Shown here piece after piece: positions 47,001-54,575 of a stretch of 64,000 bases of DNA; positions within the stretch are counted from its first letter, which is position 1, and every line of letters begins with the position of its first letter. The position numbers were made by a program, and so were the translations under genes. Location: positions 6,114-70,113 of IMG/VR virus record IMGVR_UViG_3300042691_017212; one strand, written 5' to 3'. This stretch comes from a virus. The notes below the pieces were generated by a model that saw nothing but the letters and a program-made list of their open reading frames with translations, was not told where the DNA came from and did not search any database.

Positions 47001-48690
47001 GTCTTCATGGAGTGAATGTACTGGACCTACTGGGGCCAAAACAAGAACTAGGACAAGAACTTGTCCGTCTGGATCTCCATGCATAACAACAGAAACTCAA
47101 GATTGCTGGTATTGTACAGATAGTTATAATTCAAATTGTGCTGGTTGCGGGTACCATATTGAAGGATCTAATGTTTCTGGTGGAGGAAATTCTTTTTATT
47201 CTACAGCTTGTAGTAGAACAGACTTTCCGTCATGCCAAACATCATGCGTTTGCAACTCCACCTTAGAGTCTCAATGTGGAGGCTGGAGTAGAGTCGAAGG
47301 CACTTCGACTGATTGGAGCGCATGTAATGCAATTGGAGACACACCTGGTAGACAATGTAAAACTACTCCATACACACAAACAAGGACATGCCCTGCAGGC
47401 AGTCCATGTGTTACATCTGAATCTGGAAGTACACAACAATGTAGAGACTGCTGTACAGCAAAAACAACTTGCGATACCCCAGTAGTTACATATGGAACTC
47501 CAACAGAATGGAGTGCTTGCTCAGGAAATCCACCTACTCAAACTAGGTCTATGCCTAGAACTACCAAGACAACATGTACTACTAGAGCAGTAGATTGCTC
47601 AGAATCAACTAGCACTACAACTGTAAATGATACATATGTAGAAACTAGAAGTTGCTGGTACTGTACAACAAGCGTAAGTCAAAATTGTGCAGGGTGTACT
47701 GAAACTATAGAAGGAAGCAATATAAGTCAGAGTGGTTCTGGATATTCAATTAGCTGTAGTCAGGCAGGATTCCCATCTTGCGGAACACCCTGCTCATATT
47801 GGTGGTGCAAAACCACAAGACAAGAGTCTGGATATTGTGCTTTGAGCGGACCACATACGTCAAGTCAAGCTGGTGTTTCAGGAGGAGGATTTGTTACTGT
47901 TTGCCAGCAGGCTGTTTCGCAGCCATATAGCTGTCAACAATCCCCAGCACCGTTCTTCCCGTACTTCCCACCGTTCTTCCCGTACTTCCCGTACTTCCCA
48001 CCGTTCTTCCCGTACTTCCCGTACTTCCCACCGTTCTTCCCGTACTTCCCGTACTTCCCACCGTTCTTCCCGTACTTCCCAACTTTCGTTATTGATACTA
48101 TCAATACTATTAACACTATCAATACTATTAACACTATCAATACCATTAACACTATCAATACCATTAACACTATCAATACTATTAACACTATTGATACTGG
48201 CGGTGGTGGTGGATGCCACGTTGTAGGAACTAAAATTCAAATGTCAGATGGGACATTTAAAAACATTGAAGATCTTTATATTGGGGATGAAGTAATGGCA
48301 GCAAACATACCAGGATTGCCAGACAATGAAACTGATATAAACAATTTAGAATTGTGGTCATCTGAAGATATTTCTGGGACAACAAAGACTATAGCTAATG
48401 TGACAAATGTTATCATTAGATCCTATGAACAATATTATTTAATTAATAATTCTATCAAGATAACCTATGAGCACATGGTTCCAGCCAACCAAGAAGGAAT
48501 CTGGAAGTTTATAAAGGTAGAAGATTTACAGATAGGCGATATCATTGTTAATGAAAACTTAGAGAATATAGTAGTTATGTCAAAAGATTTAATTAATGAT
48601 TCAGTAAACACAGTTTCAATTGACATTGAGGATAAAGATGTTTATTTTGTTGAGGGCCTAATGGCACACAACTTGAGCGCAAAGACATAG
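44092..48690 (+). CDS. Mosaic receptor-binding-type protein: Ig-like domains, Cys-rich TSR-like repeats, P/F/Y repeat, (INT)n repeat, C-terminal Hint domain
   Basis: WSSWSECT..RTRTRTC; PFFPYFP repeats; G5-CHVVGTKIQMSDGTFKNIEDLYIGDEV..TYEH..YFVEGLMAHN. Confidence 0.75.
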   Translation: MPIYRKANPGDPGESGGWIRLKNIYRKADPGDPGESGGWIKLKSVWRFLGGSSWERVFGILCPYSTGSENVPKFYFIESPYTSTANKSQDADRYSGAAWQNSKIYITRGKWEESPIYFEFTFQKSLNGGSFTNIGSPIVKTYTSYNDNQSTDFFPASSSNWPLISLSDVQNSAKYRVKVRASDTNPASESDLDCSLVYYPIENGISPRLKFAFNPYGADNDPNISGVSENQSLSNYVNKQLAIQWRYNTTLVPTNQNSNSYKHQIVWMESMEGEVVFGPIDVPVTNTATQSYTINYPQSVADAGGEYVVNVLTVANDGYWSANSLQGHIDSLEETSNLASFLWTLPTKPVTDNTHDIGSNSKNNRGRIGSTAVLLSKGNWTKVTEETTYLYKMRIYDTNPLDPIDVISNDTGVFSISSQYVGKQARFTVTATNPGTSLLINRQTESIGKDYSIDSPPVVTITSPTSNVISANTNFQIEATITNYPTQITVNTTIAGASAAKDGSSDYNNVVISIPSNTAIYDYSSPQLQYPSGGNRLIQITAEPEGSYDFKNITVPLSSITPGTVELVQPCGDGKFAVGDYFNIVPVGWVGDNGGDPDLILNYQYRYFVNGVPREYNDEIPNRIGDFGESVGDVVRGEVKSAFLNPIDLSKSVETDWIPSQNYTIVAGPTYGDWGFWSICTDVDGVKKSSRSRTETVCGVTTTKTETKNCGWYCTTVGQGATCTCTQTVEATNISGTGSGFSTSCSESGFPSCQAPCTCNSTEEAKCTAWVRTYTADWSAFGECSATVFGIPGTKTQTRPYVETRICPTGSSSTNENGVTTLILPSPCQTSRTGTHVNSVSCCKVGTETFDPRTIYGQYSEWTACGTAPSKSTRTRNITQRVSTRTYNEDCTYTDGTSDTVTVDTETADCWYCTENYQGVNCIPCGYSTAIFNNSGSGSGYIRSCSTAGYPSCSINCVCNSTEESKCTNWSSWSECTGPTGAKTRTRTRTCPSGSPCITTETQDCWYCTDSYNSNCAGCGYHIEGSNVSGGGNSFYSTACSRTDFPSCQTSCVCNSTLESQCGGWSRVEGTSTDWSACNAIGDTPGRQCKTTPYTQTRTCPAGSPCVTSESGSTQQCRDCCTAKTTCDTPVVTYGTPTEWSACSGNPPTQTRSMPRTTKTTCTTRAVDCSESTSTTTVNDTYVETRSCWYCTTSVSQNCAGCTETIEGSNISQSGSGYSISCSQAGFPSCGTPCSYWWCKTTRQESGYCALSGPHTSSQAGVSGGGFVTVCQQAVSQPYSCQQSPAPFFPYFPPFFPYFPYFPPFFPYFPYFPPFFPYFPYFPPFFPYFPTFVIDTINTINTINTINTINTINTINTINTINTINTIDTGGGGGCHVVGTKIQMSDGTFKNIEDLYIGDEVMAANIPGLPDNETDINNLELWSSEDISGTTKTIANVTNVIIRSYEQYYLINNSIKITYEHMVPANQEGIWKFIKVEDLQIGDIIVNENLENIVVMSKDLINDSVNTVSIDIEDKDVYFVEGLMAHNLSAKT
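44116..44212 (+). repeat. 34-nt exact direct repeat, 63-nt period
   Basis: cctggagatcctggtgagtcaggcggatggataa at 44116 and 44179. Confidence 0.85.
47950..48081 (+). repeat. Coding tandem repeat encoding PFFPYFP(YFP), 44 codons
   Basis: 30-nt unit ccgttcttcccgtacttcccgtacttccca x3 flanked by 21-nt units. Confidence 0.95.
48091..48198 (+). repeat. 9-nt coding repeat IDT(INT)10IDT
   Basis: Alternating atc aat ac(t/c) and att aac act units. Confidence 0.95.
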
Positions 48691-48707
48691 GAGCTAAAGG
48701 ATAAAAA

Positions 48708-49289
48708 ATGATTACAGAAAACCTAGGTAATAATATATATATGTATAAAAATGTTATTTCTGAAGATTTAGATATTTTGTCTGAGCTTAATAAAATATTG
48801 TCTGACTATAATAAAGATTACAATGCTGCAACAATAAATAATCATGACTACGATACATCTTTAAGGTCTTGCACCGTATTCTCTTTATATCCAACTTTTG
48901 GGGAAGATAAACAGTTTAATAATGCAAAAACTATTCTTAATAAAAAAATAGATATGGCTCTTTCTGAATGCATATTGCACTTTATTAAAAATACAGGAAT
49001 TAAAATAAAAGAAAGAGAGCCATGGGAAATATTAAAATACGAAATATCGCAAAAGCTTACATGGCACAGCGACGATGGTAAAAGTCATCCAGCAACCATC
49101 TCGTTTGTTTATTATATAAACGATGACTATGAGGGCGGGGAGATACAGTTTAGAGATCTTCTTGATAAAATTCCTATAAAGCCTGAAAAAAATAGTTTAA
49201 TAATTTTTCCATCAGACGCAAAATATGTGCATAGGGTGCTTCCAGTAACATCTGGAGTAAAGCATGCAGTAATATCTTTTGGTAAATAA
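48708..49289 (+). CDS. 2OG-Fe(II) oxygenase, prolyl 4-hydroxylase-like (Lys-type)
   Basis: WHSD...YINDDYEGGE...HRVLPVTSGVKH. Confidence 0.85.
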   Translation: MITENLGNNIYMYKNVISEDLDILSELNKILSDYNKDYNAATINNHDYDTSLRSCTVFSLYPTFGEDKQFNNAKTILNKKIDMALSECILHFIKNTGIKIKEREPWEILKYEISQKLTWHSDDGKSHPATISFVYYINDDYEGGEIQFRDLLDKIPIKPEKNSLIIFPSDAKYVHRVLPVTSGVKHAVISFGK

Positions 49290-49344
49290 CACAACATATA
49301 GACATCTTTTTAGTTAAATGATAGAATATATATAAAGGAGAGTT

Positions 49345-49587
49345 ATGAAAAAAACAGAACTTGGCGGTAGCACATATATGGTCTTAGTGGACGGAGAGTT
49401 TGCTGGGTGGTTTAATATACCCACAGGGAACGAGGAAACTCATATGCTAAGAGCGGGACTAGCAAGTAATCCAACTATTATAGACATGGAAGATATTTCC
49501 TTAGACATTGAAGATCTTCCAGTTCCAGGTAAAGGGTTTATGTGGGACGGTAAAGGTTTTTATAAGGGTGAAGAAATTGACAACTAA
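49345..49587 (+). CDS. Hypothetical protein (fibre-assembly-like GFMWDGKGF C-terminus)
   Basis: SD AAGGAG; promoter TAGACA-17-TAGAAT upstream. Confidence 0.55.
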   Translation: MKKTELGGSTYMVLVDGEFAGWFNIPTGNEETHMLRAGLASNPTIIDMEDISLDIEDLPVPGKGFMWDGKGFYKGEEIDN

Positions 49588-49813
49588 ATGGGAGCAGATA
49601 AAGAAATTAGCCAAATCTGACGACGTAAAACCATGGGATTTTTTAAAGCCTAGTACAGAATATGCTGACTCAGAAGAAGCAGATAGAAGGTATGACATAT
49701 GCCTATCCTGCCCGCTATTAAATCAAACTACTAAAACCTGTAAAGAGTGTGGTTGCTTTATGGCAGCTAAAACAAAATTAAAACAGGCCACTTGCCCTGT
49801 AGGCAAATGGTAA
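49577..49813 (+). CDS. Cys-rich DUF6171-like protein (start revised to TTG 49577)
   Basis: RYDICLSC..CKECGCFMAAKTKL..CPVGKW. Confidence 0.65.
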   Translation: MTTKWEQIKKLAKSDDVKPWDFLKPSTEYADSEEADRRYDICLSCPLLNQTTKTCKECGCFMAAKTKLKQATCPVGKW

Positions 49814-49838
49814 TGGTATAATATAAAAGGAGGGTAAA

Positions 49839-50066
49839 ATGCCAACACAATATGATTTGACAAACGCACAAAAGGCTGAGGTTCTTATATCTCACCTAAA
49901 AACTTTATCTACCGCAAAATATAATGCAGAGATAAGTTTGCTAGAGGAAAACTCTACCGATGAACCATCACAAGAATTTATTAATGGATTAAATTCACAA
50001 ATTTCAGCTATCTCAGCTAAAATAGCAGTATTGGAAGCTAAGCTACTAGAAGTTTCAGGACAATAA
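49839..50066 (+). CDS. Small coiled-coil protein (paralog of next gene)
   Basis: SD GGAGG; TGGTATAAT upstream. Confidence 0.6.
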   Translation: MPTQYDLTNAQKAEVLISHLKTLSTAKYNAEISLLEENSTDEPSQEFINGLNSQISAISAKIAVLEAKLLEVSGQ

Positions 50067-50068
50067 AA

Positions 50069-50296
50069 ATGGCTTACGAGTTAGAGATAGAAGATAAAAG
50101 ATCTGTTATAGATTCTCATATAAGAAGATTAACATATGAAAAGTATAACTCAGAAATTAGTATAATTGTTGAACAAACTTCAGCGAGTATTGATAATTTG
50201 ATGGTAAGCTCATTGAACGAAAAAGTTTTAGATTTATCAAATAAAATTCAGAAGCTTGAAGAAATTAAGTCTGAATTAAATAGTCAGGAAAATTAA
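50069..50296 (+). CDS. Small coiled-coil protein (paralog of previous gene)
   Basis: Shared YxL..K..V..SH..L..KYNxEIS pattern. Confidence 0.6.
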   Translation: MAYELEIEDKRSVIDSHIRRLTYEKYNSEISIIVEQTSASIDNLMVSSLNEKVLDLSNKIQKLEEIKSELNSQEN

Positions 50297-50481
50297 TGTC
50301 AGAAAAAGCAGAACTTGTAATTACAGCATTACAAGAAAGAATAGGTCAGTTGGTGGCAAATTATGAAACACAAATTGCTATTCTTCGTGCTGAATTAACT
50401 CAGCACATAAACAAAGAAAAAGAAAAACAATCAGCACTAGATAATTACTCTGAAAAAATAAATGAGGTATTAGGAGAATAA
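50296..50481 (+). CDS. Small coiled-coil hypothetical protein
   Basis: TAATG coupling at both ends. Confidence 0.6.
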   Translation: MSEKAELVITALQERIGQLVANYETQIAILRAELTQHINKEKEKQSALDNYSEKINEVLGE

Positions 50482-50894
50482 TGTCTGTATCTTTTCAAGA
50501 TGGAGAGCCAGTAGATCCTTTAAAGCTACAAAAATTACAGGATCAAATTACAGCTGTGTCTGAGAAGGCAAATGATGCCTTTGTCTTAGGAAGTAGGCTA
50601 GATAGCCAGCAGCGTCAAGTTATTTTTCACACTAAAGCTGGCGTAGAAGTTTTTGAAGGTGGTATTAATGCTGGAGAAATCAAAACGTCACCAATTGATT
50701 TAGAGTGGGGCGGAGAGTATACAAGTGTTTATACTGTTGCTACGCCAAGATTAAAAGATCCAGGAAAAAATAATATAAGAATTTCTTTTAGTGGAGATTC
50801 AAGAGTTCCAACAATGGTGGTTTGGGCAGAAAAAAAATTTACAGCAGATTTATATGTTCACTGGATTAGTGTTGCTACAAAGCCTATAAGCTAA
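50481..50894 (+). CDS. Hypothetical protein, possibly a short fibre/lectin-like protein
   Basis: FQDGEPVDPLKLQKLQDQI N-terminus; VHWISVA C-terminus. Confidence 0.5.
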   Translation: MSVSFQDGEPVDPLKLQKLQDQITAVSEKANDAFVLGSRLDSQQRQVIFHTKAGVEVFEGGINAGEIKTSPIDLEWGGEYTSVYTVATPRLKDPGKNNIRISFSGDSRVPTMVVWAEKKFTADLYVHWISVATKPIS

Positions 50895-50897
50895 GTA

Positions 50898-50925
50898 TTG
50901 ACAACCCTAAGAATTATGTTACAAT
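50898..50925 (+). promoter_or_regulatory. Promoter TTGACA-16-TACAAT with extended TG, start of replication module
   Basis: Consensus -35 plus TGtTACAAT. Confidence 0.7.
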
Positions 50926-50972
50926 TCTTACTACGCTAATATAAAGTATTTGCGTACATAATTAGGTGCTTA

Positions 50973-51773
50973 ATGACAAATGATTTAAAATGGATGCTTT
51001 CATCCGACCAGCAGTTCCCGTATCAAGATGATAAAGCTATTTCTTTATGGTTTAAAGTTATGAAATGGTTTAAGCCAGATGTTGTAGATTATTTGGGAGA
51101 CACAGACGATCAGGCTTGTTATAGTAAATATACAGAAGGAAGATCTGCAGAATTTTTAAATCTTCATAAAACGGATAGTAGAGATCTTATTGTTCCAATG
51201 ATGAGACACGAAGCTAAAGGTGCTCGTGATTTTTATGCTAAAACAAGAGAGATGCTTCCAGATGCACAATTATTCTCAGCATTAGGAAATCATGATGTCA
51301 GAGTTTTTAATTATATAGATGCTAAACTTCCTGACTACATTAATGAGGTAACTCCAGAAGCCCTTTGGAGTCTAGACTCTTTAGGATATGAATATATTCA
51401 TTATAATGAATTGCCCAAACGACGCTTTGGAGATATCCATGTTCATCATGGTTTATCAATTGCAGATACTGGTGCCGTAAGAAAAGATATGAATGATTTA
51501 CAAATATCATTAATTCGTGGACACTCCCACAGAATTGCCTCGCATTTGCAAACATATGAGTTAAGAAATGATGGCGCAGGAGAAACAATTCGTGGCTATG
51601 AGATCGGACATATGTGTGATGAAAAGGGTCCAGGAATGAAGTATATGCAGCATCACGATTGGCAAAAAGGGTTCGCTATTGCACATATTGTAAATGATTA
51701 CCCGCATATTCAAATGATTCATATTGCACCTGATTATTCATGTGTTGTAGATGGAAAGGTTTTTACTTTATGA
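50973..51773 (+). CDS. Calcineurin-like metallophosphoesterase
   Basis: SD, LGDTDD, GNHD, HHG and GHSH motifs. Confidence 0.85.
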   Translation: MTNDLKWMLSSDQQFPYQDDKAISLWFKVMKWFKPDVVDYLGDTDDQACYSKYTEGRSAEFLNLHKTDSRDLIVPMMRHEAKGARDFYAKTREMLPDAQLFSALGNHDVRVFNYIDAKLPDYINEVTPEALWSLDSLGYEYIHYNELPKRRFGDIHVHHGLSIADTGAVRKDMNDLQISLIRGHSHRIASHLQTYELRNDGAGETIRGYEIGHMCDEKGPGMKYMQHHDWQKGFAIAHIVNDYPHIQMIHIAPDYSCVVDGKVFTL

Positions 51774-51958
51774 TGAAATGCGACAAGTGTAAGGGAAGAG
51801 TTTTTGTGGATAGAGTTTTTTCACAAAAATTACACGTAGAGTTGTTTTGCATAATGTGTGGAAAACGATGGATGATTAATAAGGATACGAGCCCACTAGG
51901 ACGATGGCTAGAACAGGCAGAAAAAAACAAACTAAAAGATTTAGCTATTTCTTCTTAA
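51770..51958 (+). CDS. Small zinc-ribbon protein (start revised to 51770)
   Basis: CDKC...CIMCG; ATGA overlap. Confidence 0.65.
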   Translation: MMKCDKCKGRVFVDRVFSQKLHVELFCIMCGKRWMINKDTSPLGRWLEQAEKNKLKDLAISS

Positions 51959-52383
51959 ATAATAAAATACATAAAGTATTAAATTATTCTAGATCAAAAG
52001 ATGAACTAGTTGCTTGGTGTTATCCAGACAAGAAGCGTGTGCTTTATTCGTATTCTCAAGTAGTTAAAAATATGGAAAATGCATATTCAACTAAACAGGT
52101 TGCACAAATATTAAATAAGCATAAGATTACAATCGAAGATTATATCTTGGAAGGTAAAATAAGATATCCTCAAAAAGTATATCCTATTAGCAATCCAGAA
52201 AGTGATTGGTATAAATTTATGTATAGCGAATCGGACATAATGGACATACATGAATTTATTTTAGAGTCAGGATATTCTAAAAACATGCCATCAAAAAATG
52301 AATTAAGGGCACTTCTCAAAAACAACATCATATTGTATACTAAGACTGATTCAGGGTTTGTACCAGTATGGAAAGCAGAATAA
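51904..52383 (+). CDS. HTH (MerR/excisionase-like) DNA-binding protein
   Basis: YSTKQVAQILNKHKITIEDYILEGKI. Confidence 0.6.
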   Translation: MARTGRKKQTKRFSYFFLNNKIHKVLNYSRSKDELVAWCYPDKKRVLYSYSQVVKNMENAYSTKQVAQILNKHKITIEDYILEGKIRYPQKVYPISNPESDWYKFMYSESDIMDIHEFILESGYSKNMPSKNELRALLKNNIILYTKTDSGFVPVWKAE

Positions 52384-52490
52384 TGTCAGGACGTTTTGTA
52401 GTTTGTGAGATATGCGGTAAGGAGATAGAATTGCGTTGGGGTATATTTGGCCACGACACATTAAGTAGACACAGAAAGGCGGAACACTAA
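52383..52490 (+). CDS. 35-aa C2H2-type zinc-finger microprotein (not in ORF track)
   Basis: MSGRFVVCEICGKEIELRWGIFGHDTLSRHRKAEH; TAATG coupling at both ends. Confidence 0.65.
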   Translation: MSGRFVVCEICGKEIELRWGIFGHDTLSRHRKAEH

Positions 52491-52756
52491 TGGGGTTTGA
52501 ACAGCTACCACCTAAACAAAATGAGGTAGATCTTCCATATTTTAATTGGAGGCCACCAACACAAGTTAGAGTAGATTTATCTTTTACAAGAAATTTAGGA
52601 AACTTTGAGAGTATTAAAATTGGAATAGGGGTAGACGACTATGTTCGTGACGGAGAGTCTGTAGATGCCGCTACAGATAGAGTCTATAAGTTTGTAGAAA
52701 ACAAATTGATATCTAAAACTCAAGAAGTTGAAGAAGAGCTAAATGGCAACAAATAA
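52490..52756 (+). CDS. Hypothetical protein
   Basis: TRNLGNFESIKI motif; coupled ORF. Confidence 0.6.
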   Translation: MGFEQLPPKQNEVDLPYFNWRPPTQVRVDLSFTRNLGNFESIKIGIGVDDYVRDGESVDAATDRVYKFVENKLISKTQEVEEELNGNK

Positions 52757-53057
52757 AGAACCGTATATTTTGCTAACTATTTACATGGCACTTTATGAGC
52801 AAAAGTATGGAAAGAAGCCTAGAATAAATAAGTATAAGGAAAAATGGGCTATGCAAGATGTTTTAGACAGCATAGGTTTTGACAGTGCAAAAGATGTGTT
52901 AAATTATTATTTTCGTACAGGAAAGAATGGACACCCATTAAATTTCTTTTATAATAATTTTGATAGGCTTGAAGATATGATGATACAAATTAACAAAGAC
53001 GTAGCCAATAGGGCTCGCCTACTAGAGCAAACAAAGAAGTTGGTTGAAGAAGAGTGA
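52743..53057 (+). CDS. Hypothetical protein upstream of helicase
   Basis: Overlaps both neighbouring genes. Confidence 0.6.
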   Translation: MATNKEPYILLTIYMALYEQKYGKKPRINKYKEKWAMQDVLDSIGFDSAKDVLNYYFRTGKNGHPLNFFYNNFDRLEDMMIQINKDVANRARLLEQTKKLVEEE

Positions 53058-54319
53058 ATACCGAAGCTGAATTAATTTCTGCTGTATGTAAGAATAAGGA
53101 CATCAGCACACTCCTTGCCGACAATGCCGATGATTTATTTACTTCTCATAAAGATATCTGGGAGGGATTGAAGAGTTATTATTATAAGTTTAGAGCAGTT
53201 CCAGAAGTTGGGATTTTACAAGATAAGTTTAAAGATTTCGAGCCAGTTCAAACTAAAGCTGAAACAGGTTATTATTTAGACAAACTTAAAAATGAATTTG
53301 TTGCTGCTAAGTTAAAAACTATTATGCTTCAAGCTGGCTCCTCATTAAAAGAAGATGCCCCATCAAGAGTTTTGGGGGTAATGCAAAGCCAATTAGCTAC
53401 TCTAAGTAGATATACAAATAATGTTAGAGATGTTGATATTACAGATATAGATTCAGCAGAAAGACATTATCAGTCTGTTAAGGACAGATCTACTGTAATG
53501 GGTGGTAGCCCAGGAATACTGACAGGGTTTGAGGCAATTGACAAGGCCTATCCTACAGGCATGGCTCCAGGACACCTTATAGTGGCCATAGGATGGCCAG
53601 GAAGAGGAAAGACATGGTTTACTTCATACTTAGCCTGTAAGGCGTGGGAGCAAGGATTTAAGCCAATGATCGTATCTTTGGAGATGGCTCCAGAGAATAT
53701 GCGTGACCGAATTTACACTATGCTTGGCTCTGGGCTATTCCGTGCAAGCGATTTTTCAAAAGGAGATATTAATTTAGATGACTTCAAATCATGGGGGCAA
53801 AAAAAGACGGAAGGCAAGAACAGCTTTATTCTTGTTTCTAATGAAGGCACAGCAGAAGTCACACCTGCCACAATTCAAGGAAAGATTGACCAACACAAAC
53901 CAGATTTAGTTATCCTTGACTATCATCAATTATTTAATGATAACAAGCGCAGTAATTCAGAAGTTGAAAGAAATAGAAATATATCAAGAGACTTTAAATT
54001 GCTAGCAGTGGCAAACAATATTCCAATTATAGATATTACTGCTGCAACCGCTGATGACATATCTGATCAAGATGAGCCACCTATGATGAGCCAGGTGGCA
54101 TGGTCTAAGGCTATTGAGTACGATGCAGACATGGCTATTGCTATTCATAAGCATGCTAATACAGATATGATTGAGGTTGTCTCTAGAAAAAATCGTCACG
54201 GACACGACTTTAGATTCTTCCTTGATTGGGATATTAATCGTGGAATTATTAAACCTATTTATGAAAACTTACCAGAATTAAATAATGACTCACAAGCAAA
54301 TAAAACGATTTCAAATTGA
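53054..54319 (+). CDS. dnaB: Replicative DNA helicase
   Basis: Walker A GWPGRGKT, SLEM, ILDY, IEYDAD and KNRHG motifs. Confidence 0.9.
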   Translation: MNTEAELISAVCKNKDISTLLADNADDLFTSHKDIWEGLKSYYYKFRAVPEVGILQDKFKDFEPVQTKAETGYYLDKLKNEFVAAKLKTIMLQAGSSLKEDAPSRVLGVMQSQLATLSRYTNNVRDVDITDIDSAERHYQSVKDRSTVMGGSPGILTGFEAIDKAYPTGMAPGHLIVAIGWPGRGKTWFTSYLACKAWEQGFKPMIVSLEMAPENMRDRIYTMLGSGLFRASDFSKGDINLDDFKSWGQKKTEGKNSFILVSNEGTAEVTPATIQGKIDQHKPDLVILDYHQLFNDNKRSNSEVERNRNISRDFKLLAVANNIPIIDITAATADDISDQDEPPMMSQVAWSKAIEYDADMAIAIHKHANTDMIEVVSRKNRHGHDFRFFLDWDINRGIIKPIYENLPELNNDSQANKTISN

Positions 54320-54575
54320 AGTAGAGTTTATTGATGATTCTGATATTATTAGAATCAGAAATCAATATGAAAATCTATTAACGAGTCAAATGCGTGACGC
54401 TGGATATATAAGAGTACTTGACATAGATCCAGCTTTCTCGGTAGAATTCACAGGCGAGACATGGAAGTTCCTAATGACCATCCATGGAATTTATGTGGGA
54501 AAGAAGAAGGCATGGCAATTAGAGGGTATAGCCCAAAACAAACCAGTCAAACGGAATACACGCCAGCTCACATAA
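54285..54575 (+). CDS. Hypothetical protein
   Basis: ORF bridging helicase and primase. Confidence 0.55.
   Translation: MTHKQIKRFQIEVEFIDDSDIIRIRNQYENLLTSQMRDAGYIRVLDIDPAFSVEFTGETWKFLMTIHGIYVGKKKAWQLEGIAQNKPVKRNTRQLT

Noticed and set aside
47873-48240. Overlapping ORFs (REERWEV, LIVLIV, GKYGKN) at the second repeat
   Set aside because: Same repeat artefact.
48214-48672. Mobile intein
   Set aside because: No homing endonuclease, no +1 nucleophile and only a 5-residue C-extein; the insertion site is not a conserved enzyme motif.
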